DNA of 64,000 nucleotides, taken from contig CAJATL010000021.1 in NCBI GenBank assembly GCA_903944895.1, positions 2,736 to 66,735 on the forward strand, in the 5' to 3' direction. Positions 57,801 to 64,000 of the stretch are shown here, piece by piece. The translations under genes were made by a program, and so were the position numbers. The stretch's first letter is position 1. Every line of letters begins with the position of its first letter. Source of the stretch: an uncultured Bacteroidota bacterium. Lineage in GTDB: Bacteria; Bacteroidota; Bacteroidia; Bacteroidales; 4484-276. The notes beneath the pieces are model-generated. The model was given only the letters and a program-made list of their open reading frames with translations. It was not told the DNA's origin and searched no databases.

Positions 57801-60800
57801 TCCAGATCGGAATGAATAACTCAGAAGCAAACGTTGATTATTATTTGTACAAAATGGGTAATCCTCAGTACCTGGCAATGGAAAGCCGATTAATTAGTGG
57901 CCCATTTGTCTTTGCAGTAGTTAATCCACTCGAGCCTGGTACCTATCGGGTTCAGGCAATCAATGCAAATGGTTGTAAAATGTGGATGGCTGATGAAAAA
58001 ATAATTCACCAGGTTCCTGATAAATACAACGTAACAGCCACTAAGAATGGTGTTTTATATCTTTCGGGCGAATATTGTCCGCCAGTTGACATTGGTCTTG
58101 ATTATTCAGAAACCGGTATTACCTATACTTTAATAACTCCCGATAATAATGATGTTATCATCGAAGGAACAGGTTCATCATTTACCTTTGGAACTTTCTC
58201 TTCTCCCGGCGAATATTCAGTAACTGCCAAAAATATTCCTACTTCATGCGATTCCGAAATGAATGGAAATGTCATCATCAGCGATGGACCTGCTGGTTTC
58301 GATTTAGTTTGTGACGATCCCAAATATTGCATCGGTGATGCTGAAGCCGTAACTATAATTCTGGAAGATTCTCAAAATGGAGTTGAATACCAGCTTTATA
58401 AAGACGATTTAAGTAATCCAGTATTTCCGCCACAGCCAGGAACTGGAAGCAATTTAACATGGGCTGAAGTTTCTCAATTAGGACCAGGTAGTTATTTGAT
58501 CAGGGGTAAATTTACAAGCGATCCATTATGTGAAGCCCCTATGAATAATGAGATCGTAGTTCAGGAATTAGCGTTGCCCACAGCGACAATTGGTGGAGAT
58601 TATACAATCTGTGAGCAATCAGAACTCCAAATCCCGATTACACTTACCGGCGATCAATCCTGGGTGGTCGGGTATTCCTGCAACAACGGAATACCCGAAT
58701 CGGTTACTTTCGATTATGAAACTGGTGCACCCTACTTTATTACTGTTTTTCCTATTGAATCACCTTCGGTTTACACACTGGAAACCATTAAATATGCCGA
58801 AGCACCATTTTGTGCTGGATCAGAGGTTGTTGGTACAGTTACTGTTAGCCTCGATACATTGCCTTTTGCTTTTGCAGGAAACCCCGGCACTACCTGTGAA
58901 AATTTGCCTTATTTACTTTTCGAAGCTGATACAACTTTTTCTTCCGCGGTTTTATGGCAGCAAATCAGCGGCCCGGCTGGTGTATTTGAAAATTCATTTG
59001 AACTCAATACTTCATTTCTTTGTACCGACGACATCCAGGATGTTGAAATTGTCGAATTATTGCTTGTTGCTCAAGGAAGAGGTCAATGCTCGCTGCAATC
59101 TGACAGTTCTTTTGTCACGATCGAGATTGTGCCCTTGCCGGAGCCTGATGCTGGTGAAGATGCAACGATCTGTTCATCCCAGTCTTATTTGTTAACAGGT
59201 AATACCAACAATGGGTTTTCAACCTCAGCATTTTGGGAAGACCTGTCAGGTCTTGGCCAGTTTAGTGATCCTAATATTCTGAATCCTACTTACACACTGA
59301 TTTCTCCTGAAAGTATTTCTGCCCCTGTTGATGCAACATTAAAGCTGACTGAAATGGGATTTGGGCCATGTAGTTTGGAGCCGGTCTCTTCGAGCGTAAT
59401 TATTCATCTCGAGCCGCTTCCTGTTTGCAATGCAGGACCAGATACAATAATGTGTGCAAATGGTAATTTTCAATTGTTTAGTCAGTCTTTATACTTTACA
59501 ACACCTCAATGGGTTGACCTTTCAGGACTGGGAGAGTTCAACGATCCAAATATTCCTGATCCGGTTTATTCCCTGCTTGATCCGAGTCAAATCGTCCTAC
59601 CTGTTTCTGTTGCGTTGCAGTTGACTGTACATGGAACCGGATTATGCGCTGATGAAGCTGATATTGACACCATTTACATTCAGATTAATCCACTACCGCA
59701 GGTTTATGCAGGAGTTGATCATACGATCTGCGTGAGCGATACAATTTGGATTACTGATTATACCATGGCTTTTAGCAGTGATACAACCTGGCAAATCCAG
59801 CAAGGTTTTGGCCAATTGTTGCCCCCGGATCAGATAAATCATTATCCGGGATATGTTCCTGCAATAGATGATATTGGCTTGGTTACAGGAGTAATTTTAG
59901 AACTTCAGGGAAGCGGTATTGGTAAATGTACAAATGAGCCAGTTATTGATGAGTTGATAATTTTTGTTAATCCAATGCCATTTGCCGATGCTGGCTCAGA
60001 TGGTATTACTTGTGAAACAGAAGATTATCAATTAATCGAAGCCACCATTTTAAACGCAACGGAAGACGTGCTTTGGGAGGTTGTCGAAGGAAACGGAATT
60101 ATTGGCGACCCTTCGGTGCTTAACACTTACTATCATCCTGTTACAGATGATGCCGGCACAACAGTAAAACTCAGGTTAACGGCCTTTGGAGTTGATGCTT
60201 GTACATCAAAACAGATTTCTGACGAAATGCTCATACAGATTGCTCCGCTGCCAGTTCTCTTTGCTGGCAGCAATGCTGCAATTTGTATGACTGGAAGCCT
60301 GGAAATTTCTGATGCTACAGCCTCACATTATTCAACTCTTTTATGGAGCACATCGGATGGTTTAGGTAATTTTAGTCCACCTGATCAGTTAATTACCACT
60401 TTTACACCCGATCCTTTGCAAGGAGGTAGCACAGTTGAAATCATACTTAGCGCTTTTGGTACAGGAAATTGTCTTTCAGAGGAAGTAATGTCGATTCCTG
60501 CTTTGATTGTTGTTGATTCGGTACCAACAATCTACCCTGGTAATGATATTTCAACATGTCTGTCGTCAGGTCCTGTTGAGATTATTGGTGCATCACTCAA
60601 TAATTACACTTCATTCTGGTGGATGATTCATAACGGACAGGGATTCGGGCAATTGACCAATGAGAATAGCTTATCACCATTTTATATTCCCGATCCACGT
60701 GATACCGAACTTATTGATGGAGTAAAATTAAGGCTTTCGGCTACCGGTGCAGGGCAATGTATTGCAGAAGTTTTTGATAGCATAATGACAATTTACATCG

Positions 60801-62767
60801 ATAGCTTGCCTGCAGTTTTTGCTGGTGCTGATGCTAACATTTGCATGAATAGTCTTTCTTATAACATTAATGACGCAAAAGCAGATTATGGAGCAAATCC
60901 TCAATGGTCAACTGCAAACGGTTCTGGTTCTTTTAGCGCTAATGCCTTAATAACTACCTATACCCTTGGACTTGATGATGGTGGTAAAACAATAGACCTT
61001 AAACTGACTGTTTCAGGCACTGCAAGCTGTAATGGTGAACAGGCCTTTGATGTTTTAAAATTACAAGTTGATTCTTTACCAATGGCTTATGCAGGCCAAA
61101 ATGCCACAACCTGTGAAAACTCACCGTATCTGCTCAGCGAAGCAATGACAAGATACGCATCATCGGTAAAATGGGATGTAGTTACAGGTAATGGATCCTG
61201 TGCAGATGATCTTCAACTAAATACATCTTACATACCTGGACCAGGAGATGAATCAACAACTGTTGTACTTCAACTTACCGCTTTTGGTAAAGGAATGTGC
61301 AACACCGAAATTCACCAATCAAGTGTTTCAGTTTATGTTGATCCATTGCCACAAGTCATCGCCGGTCCAGATGATGCGATTTGTGAAACCGAAACAAATT
61401 ATGTAATCTCGGGTGCTTCGGTTAATAGCTCCGGGAGTTTATTCTGGACTAAAACCGGTGGAAATGGTGTATTTCTTAATCCGGATATTTTAATACCTTC
61501 TTATCAGCCGGCGTTGAACGACGTTGGTCAAACGATTACATTTAATTTGAATGCAATCGGTTTGGGTAAATGCAGTGATACAACAATAATTGATTCACGT
61601 ACACTGAAGATCGGCAAAAAACCTGAAGTCCGCTTCTTTATTATCGAAGATTCGATATCCTGTGCTTTTTCACCAACATGGTTTACTGATTTTTCATACA
61701 CCTATTTTAATGAAGAAATAATAAGCCGGACCTGGGATTTTGGCGATGGAGATCCAATAACAGTTTCTCCTGAAACCGTGATCGTTTCACACAAATATGA
61801 TACTCCCGGAACCAAAACAGTAACGCTCACCATTAATATTGCCATTGATGGAATTCCGCTTCCAGCATGTGAAAACTCAATAACCAAAATCATTGAGGTT
61901 TCGCCACTACCTGATGTAAAGTTCAACTACACCCAAAGTAACTATTGCAATGGTGAGGTGTATTTTGAAGATAAATCGGAGAGCAACATCGAAATCGTCC
62001 ATTGGGATTTTGGAGATAACCAGCATGCGCACGAAAACCCGATTATTCATACTTACGAAACCCCTGGTGATAAGATTATCACGCTTGTTGTTCAGGATCA
62101 GAATGGTTGCCAGGATACACTAACCGAAACTATTAATGTTAAAGAGTTTTTCGACTTTAATATTTTATTCGAATATGCCGGAATTTGCAATGAATACAAG
62201 TTTTGGGCAGACAATATTTTGCCGTCAGGAAATTCGATACAAGACTATTTTTGGACTTTCGGTGATGGCTCCAATGCAGTAAATCAGGATACAGCAGTGC
62301 ACGAATTCAGTAGTCCGGGGCAATATGATTTGGTGCTTAAAGCTATCGATTCATCAGGTTGTCTTCGGATTAAAGACTACATTATTGATATTCCGGAGTG
62401 TCCGGATAACATTGCAGGCCAGTTATTTATTCCAAATGCTTTTGATCCTGAAGAAGTCACTCCCTCAAACCCGGTGTCACCCGATTCAGAATTTAAAGTT
62501 TTCTTGCCAAAAGGCCAGAATATTACAGAGTACCAAATTGAAGTTTATGATTTGTGGGGCAATCTTTTATGGCAGTCATCCATATTACAGCATGGAAGTC
62601 CGTATGAATTTTGGGATGGGAAGTATAAAAACGAACTTGTACCAGCAGGACCATATTTGTGGAAGGCTTATGCGAAATTTGATAATGTGATTTGGCCTGG
62701 GCAAGCTGTCAATTTCGATCCAAATGGCAAAAAATTTACTTCCGGTATAGTTACAGTAATTCGATAA
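48833..62767 (+). CDS. Giant (4644 aa) modular cell-surface protein with T9SS type-B C-terminal domain
   Basis: Single uninterrupted ORF with a signal peptide. My parsing gives ~9 PKD-like domains (WNFGDGS, WDFGDGT motifs), 18 copies of a ~90-aa Cys-framed module A and 12 copies of a ~92-aa module B (AGxDxxIC...). The C-terminus LFIPNAFDP...YEFWDGKYKNELVPAGPYLW...GIVTVIR matches the gliding-motility-associated CTD (TIGR04131-like). Confidence 0.9.
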   Translation: MTKFLFMKYLTFISALTILFFFQDLNIQAQNPGLISNPSNFRYCVGNPGLQLGVTNTLEGTEYNLQKLINAVWQTVAPVQGNGETVWFNGIHTIGSYRFMVEAPPFTSNPTSVQTAAYPELKFNVTGGGGYCSGLPEEYEIGLDGSQSGITYRLLRNGSTVATKVGDGNLISFGSFDVPGEYKATGSRFSCSIDMNGSVFIQQFTNPVVAFTPEYLFGNIDNCSTVEFHNQTSGGTLPYTFSWNFGDGSPFSTEESPIHVFPAFGVGQQTFSVTLDVTDDNGCLGFLTQDVTVTKRPDAKISGSGLYGPFNNCDPDQSAVFNLTITNTSTTIATNENYWVDWEGTGNFIALGPAFMSAQHTYLSKGSFPLTMRVLGTNGCVDTRVYNVYNGSNPLMSMNTSQLEGCTPYPVQFKMSDNVYGNTPGTLYDFTFGDGTWLQLTQETLPPPDPNGFCVVEHIYETSSCGNPNNAFVMNVDVGNPCSSVPYTVGGIKISRAAVADFELIDFPRPGNIYLCVGAPNTFDNFTNVGCLITGNVIQEITNYFWDFGDGTTSQLLNPTHTYQNPGVYQVTLTAHTAQGINGNCGANVSVRNVCVQNAPVATFTLNEASGCVPFDFTPNNTSTAIGCANIHYQWIVSGGNGFEYLDLTGPNSAEPHFNFYETGTYTLELRAETSSNNLSCGVSFSEPITIVVKDVPEVDFVVGEYNMICGTGVFTLNASQINYFDNLSPITQYLWTSNPVGPVFNNNTLAYPTITFNAQGTFNITVVATNECGVSLPETLLFTISPDVANNNIEYGDDLQLCAGMTLSLPLTGTSPTTNPSLTGGDNNYEYTWQINTIGNWELIGGNTPDLNYLQSFSANPTKFRRKVKSGGCESFSEEIVFIVHPAITNNNILTPTQHICSGEIPVLLDGNQPSGGDGTFVYLWQQSTDCDNPNSWGPAIGGANDLEDFAPGVLNLKTCYRRKVFSVSDFCEDISNYVTVNVYGIIENNTISHPDPEICEGDSPGAFIGSIPTQTGHSLALQYLWQKAVAPLWNWVDAGGTGQNFIPPPLNETTRYRRIVNAPLPVPANCNQEISNTIEIIVNENPIVDAGFNQQIFNGGHVTLNGTAFGGSGDFTYLWTPADKIASGQGTPRVETVNLFAPPNLITFCLKVTDNLTSCWKEDCTNVTVFGELLECTATANQTAICLGDQIILNASATGGSGIYVFTWSLPGGGTVSGASITHIPPNLGVNIYNVQVDDGANTSTCNVTVQVNAMPVINSSTLKMICSGQSVDYMPTADIPGTEFTWSSGNNPFITGNNAGDGIIDNVLFNSSNTVQTIIYYITPKGPQPTLCQGSTFELAVSVNPISNITNLIGQQTVVSGQFSVDVTFESDVAGSSFLWNSSDDCPGLLSYTTPNSGNLLPSQQIEIIDPNGPETCIITFYITPTISDCPGVSFEYKIYVQQQPILFNVTGGGQVCDGGTSSVYLSGSQLGVNYQLLRNGTIPVQQEQIGTGNPLEWNGVSGSGIYSIIGINQSNMVQAIMLGQVAVIVNPLPEVFSLVPQDDRCAPVVPLLSGSEAGVRYYLQRDGQNVGQLDGNGLPGFLIFEEQLIGGTYTIEAQVLSTLCEKMMQGYLNVHALPEDYPIKPGGILCVGVTLFIEHSQPGIEYQLWLNDDPIGALHVGDGDPIYFEQTTLPGNYRVLANDPVWLCDSFLSDIVVVNPTPLQFEVTPEVCCPGLCDIILNGWQPGVRYYLYFEDNAKQPKSIYLAGPFVGIPGEVNINFGAWWDEGTYSVVAKNDSECEIWMLNSTIIKAAPDIFNLTPNGTGCGSQEIILDGSESGVEYFLYKDLQAEPSVIGTGFPLSFGERDVTGVYTVKARFNHPEAECWSQMTGSYEIISYPTAFIVAPLPGTYCPCVNPTLSSSQLNINYYIRNTTLGTESAAYPGTGNPMFFDPVCDPGSYIVYARHPDFPSCEKQMTGGFAIGLPPQKYNLSGPLPSAYCEGENGVTLTLDNSQDDVKYQLYKLPNIAEGNPKDGITGSSLTWENITAGEYFVEAVFANDPNCPTTMNNIVAVEEISLPTVYAGDDGTICLSETYLIPNVVMTNQSSFLWTVETGNGSLSNATTPNPTYSPDQADAGMIIILKLEVDGISVCAASSASDFISILIEPLPEIISAGDNGLICFDQTYTVSNVTMNHVSDWVWTISSGNGALDDPAMLNPTYTTGAGDAGTTIILTLETYGTLSCSSEIATGDVFIQIIAVPVVTSITAQTICSGEAVNYVPLSDVPGTTFNWVSTNVTGGCVTGNSPTGSDIISNILINNCNTVQTIKYTITPFGPPATNCEGAPVDLTVTINPVANITNIVSNQSMNSGEASLEVVFQSDVTGSVVNYTWSGVASNPELQGWILDGTGDLPPMTIMIDETSPNPPDEAFVTYTVIPEVGGCAGNPFTYTIQVYLLPTIFDITVEGSGEFCNDGQSCIDISLSNSQPGKIYKLFKNDVYQNGIDKTGNGTPIQWCVDQAGIYTVKAQNPNTGVEILMNGNAEVFARSIPNKYSLSIQQPGDYCTPITPRLNSSQNGAFYDLYRDGELDPVQTDVPGTGNALLFESQEISGTYSVKAKIQYNSIVCERQMDGLIIAEPLPVEYEVTPSDPFCEGENQICLGNSEIDVMYQLRKNGNPFGEVLTGTGSAICFPTITQNGNYRVFAKRTSGSLCEVLFDQQTIVRPLPSKFILSPINSCPGTEIVLNGCQPDVDYYLFLESSKGGNREWGQISGPLNCTLGEVNFGVCNTPGIYHVKAVDQLTNCFSWMQNSITIFSEPTAYPVQPQGTAGCDPIEIYLNSFETDVTYYLWREFLGTTYPAGIDDGIDGEVNFGLKSDPGTYTIEAVIEHTSGITCGNWMEGSVLIATPPAMFALKYEESLCLPVKFYLDGSESGVTYTLKKTASTYSQPIIGDGAPLYFNEVSLPGNYYVTADNGCIKEMINNWTVLDAPVPFLLTPGGGGFLCVDDDIQIGMNNSEANVDYYLYKMGNPQYLAMESRLISGPFVFAVVNPLEPGTYRVQAINANGCKMWMADEKIIHQVPDKYNVTATKNGVLYLSGEYCPPVDIGLDYSETGITYTLITPDNNDVIIEGTGSSFTFGTFSSPGEYSVTAKNIPTSCDSEMNGNVIISDGPAGFDLVCDDPKYCIGDAEAVTIILEDSQNGVEYQLYKDDLSNPVFPPQPGTGSNLTWAEVSQLGPGSYLIRGKFTSDPLCEAPMNNEIVVQELALPTATIGGDYTICEQSELQIPITLTGDQSWVVGYSCNNGIPESVTFDYETGAPYFITVFPIESPSVYTLETIKYAEAPFCAGSEVVGTVTVSLDTLPFAFAGNPGTTCENLPYLLFEADTTFSSAVLWQQISGPAGVFENSFELNTSFLCTDDIQDVEIVELLLVAQGRGQCSLQSDSSFVTIEIVPLPEPDAGEDATICSSQSYLLTGNTNNGFSTSAFWEDLSGLGQFSDPNILNPTYTLISPESISAPVDATLKLTEMGFGPCSLEPVSSSVIIHLEPLPVCNAGPDTIMCANGNFQLFSQSLYFTTPQWVDLSGLGEFNDPNIPDPVYSLLDPSQIVLPVSVALQLTVHGTGLCADEADIDTIYIQINPLPQVYAGVDHTICVSDTIWITDYTMAFSSDTTWQIQQGFGQLLPPDQINHYPGYVPAIDDIGLVTGVILELQGSGIGKCTNEPVIDELIIFVNPMPFADAGSDGITCETEDYQLIEATILNATEDVLWEVVEGNGIIGDPSVLNTYYHPVTDDAGTTVKLRLTAFGVDACTSKQISDEMLIQIAPLPVLFAGSNAAICMTGSLEISDATASHYSTLLWSTSDGLGNFSPPDQLITTFTPDPLQGGSTVEIILSAFGTGNCLSEEVMSIPALIVVDSVPTIYPGNDISTCLSSGPVEIIGASLNNYTSFWWMIHNGQGFGQLTNENSLSPFYIPDPRDTELIDGVKLRLSATGAGQCIAEVFDSIMTIYIDSLPAVFAGADANICMNSLSYNINDAKADYGANPQWSTANGSGSFSANALITTYTLGLDDGGKTIDLKLTVSGTASCNGEQAFDVLKLQVDSLPMAYAGQNATTCENSPYLLSEAMTRYASSVKWDVVTGNGSCADDLQLNTSYIPGPGDESTTVVLQLTAFGKGMCNTEIHQSSVSVYVDPLPQVIAGPDDAICETETNYVISGASVNSSGSLFWTKTGGNGVFLNPDILIPSYQPALNDVGQTITFNLNAIGLGKCSDTTIIDSRTLKIGKKPEVRFFIIEDSISCAFSPTWFTDFSYTYFNEEIISRTWDFGDGDPITVSPETVIVSHKYDTPGTKTVTLTINIAIDGIPLPACENSITKIIEVSPLPDVKFNYTQSNYCNGEVYFEDKSESNIEIVHWDFGDNQHAHENPIIHTYETPGDKIITLVVQDQNGCQDTLTETINVKEFFDFNILFEYAGICNEYKFWADNILPSGNSIQDYFWTFGDGSNAVNQDTAVHEFSSPGQYDLVLKAIDSSGCLRIKDYIIDIPECPDNIAGQLFIPNAFDPEEVTPSNPVSPDSEFKVFLPKGQNITEYQIEVYDLWGNLLWQSSILQHGSPYEFWDGKYKNELVPAGPYLWKAYAKFDNVIWPGQAVNFDPNGKKFTSGIVTVIR
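53185..55030 (+). repeat. Module-A array 1 (7 tandem ~88-aa protein modules) inside the giant gene
   Basis: Each unit starts near F/Y-x-[VL]-[TS] and carries C...L.GS[QE].G[VI].Y.L ... G[TD]G..[LI].[FW] ... G.Y.[VI] ... C ... M. Boundaries come from my parsing of the translation. Confidence 0.75.
56162..58588 (+). repeat. Module-A array 2 (9 tandem ~90-aa modules)
   Basis: Same motif frame as array 1. It is preceded by the same pair of ~95-aa domains that precede array 1. Confidence 0.75.
58874..61636 (+). repeat. Module-B array (10 tandem ~92-aa modules)
   Basis: Each unit begins AG.[DN]..[IT]C and contains W...G.G.F..P..[LI]N[PT].Y.P ... C ... [IV].[IV]...P.P. Two further copies lie at 55031-55564. 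Confidence 0.75.
62423..62764 (+). other. T9SS type-B C-terminal sorting domain of the giant protein
   Basis: LFIPNAFDPEE...EYQIEVYDLWGNLLWQS...WDGKYKNELVPAGPYLWKAYAKF...GIVTVIR. Confidence 0.8.
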
Positions 62768-62788
62768 CAAGCTAAAAATTCTAAAGCT

Positions 62789-63913
62789 ATGAAAATAGAA
62801 AATTTTAAACTTTGCATATTTAGCAAATCATTCATCGCGTTGGTGGTTTTATTTTGTCTCACTTCGCAAAAGTCACCATGCCAGGATGCTACATTTTCTC
62901 AGTTTTATAATAATCCGATTTATTATAACCCAGCCTATACTGGCAGTAACCAGGGATTACGAGCAAAACTAAATTATCGGAACCAATGGAATAATTTGCC
63001 GGCTAATTATGATAATTACACCTTTATTATGGATGTTGCAGAGCCAAATTTGCCTGGCGCAGGCGGTCTTGGAATGATTGTTCAATCCAATTTTGATGGT
63101 TTTGGTAATGTGAAAACTACCTCAGCCACATTAACTGCTTCAGCCAAGGTACATCCTGCCGAAAATTTTCTGACACAGTTTGGCATGGGGCTTTCTTTTG
63201 TTCACAGGTCGATAAATTGGGATGACTTTGTTTTTAGTGATATGCTTGACCCGAGGTATGGTAAAGTAAATAATACTTATTTTAATGATGGTGCATACGA
63301 TAAGGTAAATTACCCCGATTTTTCAGCAGGTATTTTGTTCAGATATTGTGAATCAGCCGAAAATATGGAAAGTATTGTCGGAACAATTTCTTTAGGAGTT
63401 CAGCATGTATTCAACCCTGATATCTCCTTTGAGGGAGAAGAGGCAAAACTTCCTCTTAAACTGGTGATTATGGGTGATATGCTTTTTGATAATAACCGTG
63501 AATCAAGGAACAGAAATCCAAAGAAAAATAAAATGTTTAAACTCAACCCAGCCTTTCTCTTTGAAAAGCAAGGTACGATGAGCAATTTCTCCATTGGAAT
63601 AAACGGGTATAAAAATTATATTTATTCCGGCCTTTGGCTGCGCACTCAGAGTTTTACCTTTTCAACAGTAAACGATTTTATTATGATGATCGGAATTAAT
63701 ATGCCTTTTGGCGAAAGTACCAGAATAAAACTGAGGTATAGCTACGACTATGTTTTATCAGGCTTACGACGTACTGTTGGTGCAACTCATGAAATTTCAC
63801 TGGTTTACGAATTGGATAATTTTGGTTTTTTCGGTTCTTCAACGTCAAAACCATCGGGCAGAGGCAAGCAAAAATACGGCCCGCCGTCATGTAACGAAAC
63901 TTTCCCTTTCTGA
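62789..63913 (+). CDS. PorP/SprF-family type IX secretion system membrane protein
   Basis: 374 aa. After the signal comes QDATFSQFYNNPIYYNPAYTGSNQGLRAKLNYRNQWNNL, the hallmark PorP/SprF N-terminus. It starts 21 nt after the type-B CTD gene. Confidence 0.88.
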   Translation: MKIENFKLCIFSKSFIALVVLFCLTSQKSPCQDATFSQFYNNPIYYNPAYTGSNQGLRAKLNYRNQWNNLPANYDNYTFIMDVAEPNLPGAGGLGMIVQSNFDGFGNVKTTSATLTASAKVHPAENFLTQFGMGLSFVHRSINWDDFVFSDMLDPRYGKVNNTYFNDGAYDKVNYPDFSAGILFRYCESAENMESIVGTISLGVQHVFNPDISFEGEEAKLPLKLVIMGDMLFDNNRESRNRNPKKNKMFKLNPAFLFEKQGTMSNFSIGINGYKNYIYSGLWLRTQSFTFSTVNDFIMMIGINMPFGESTRIKLRYSYDYVLSGLRRTVGATHEISLVYELDNFGFFGSSTSKPSGRGKQKYGPPSCNETFPF

Positions 63914-64000
63914 TTGATGATGAATTAGAACTTGATTTTAATGTTTCTGGCTCTCCAATTCATTTAGTTGATCACTAAGTTTTTGGATTGGATAACCTAA

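Noticed and set aside
56984-59195. Longer internal ORFs within the giant gene (56984..57442 minus, 58590..59195 plus, and many 60-90-aa ones)
   Set aside because: All are alternative-frame or antisense shadows of a single uninterrupted 13.9-kb frame whose translation shows coherent repeated domains. None has domain-like sequence.
1-64000. Search for mobile elements, prophage, a defence island or horizontally acquired segments
   Set aside because: I saw no integrase, transposase, recombinase, phage structural genes, toxin-antitoxin pairs, restriction-modification genes or flanking direct repeats. Gene content and promoter boxes look native throughout. Compositional tests (GC skew, k-mer) were not possible by eye.

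Overview
AT-rich 64-kb chromosomal window that reads as Bacteroidota: three T9SS C-terminal sorting domains, a PorP/SprF gene, DUF4835, BamD/TamB, TAnnTTTG -7 promoter boxes and several TTG starts. I support about 45 protein genes. By eye I saw no rRNA, tRNA, CRISPR, transposase or integrase. Left to right the window holds a GlmU-like fragment, L31, a LuxC-type acyl-CoA reductase, a serC-serA-(four-helix-bundle)-DUF1015-small wHTH cluster, a T9SS cargo, TerB-DnaJ, TamB, gldA and tsaD. Next comes an all-minus-strand block (17.3-25.9 kb) with an archaemetzincin, a sigma54 response regulator, a haem-motif sensor kinase and a four-gene operon. In that operon a Tat-FeS/NrfD quinone module with no catalytic partner is bracketed by two membrane-tethered GcvH-fold paralogues, one fused to a periplasmic PstS-like domain. 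This operon is my best candidate for an undescribed system. Housekeeping genes follow: acyl-CoA ligase, LpxL-type acyltransferase, csp+RRM, typA, nnr, dapA, an M14 carboxypeptidase with CUB/PKD/T9SS tail, a fused spermidine-synthase-like protein, an AOS-family PLP enzyme, bamD, rpoZ, coaBC, DUF4835, recN and fabI. The window ends with a 13.9-kb gene for a 4644-aa modular T9SS type-B cargo and its PorP/SprF partner. The main non-coding observation is a set of strictly 7-nt-periodic (STRR-like) repeat arrays, most starting within a few nt of a stop codon (one 59 nt downstream), at four loci. All family calls come from motif recognition by eye, not from database searches. Coordinates come from the ORF track plus manual indexing.
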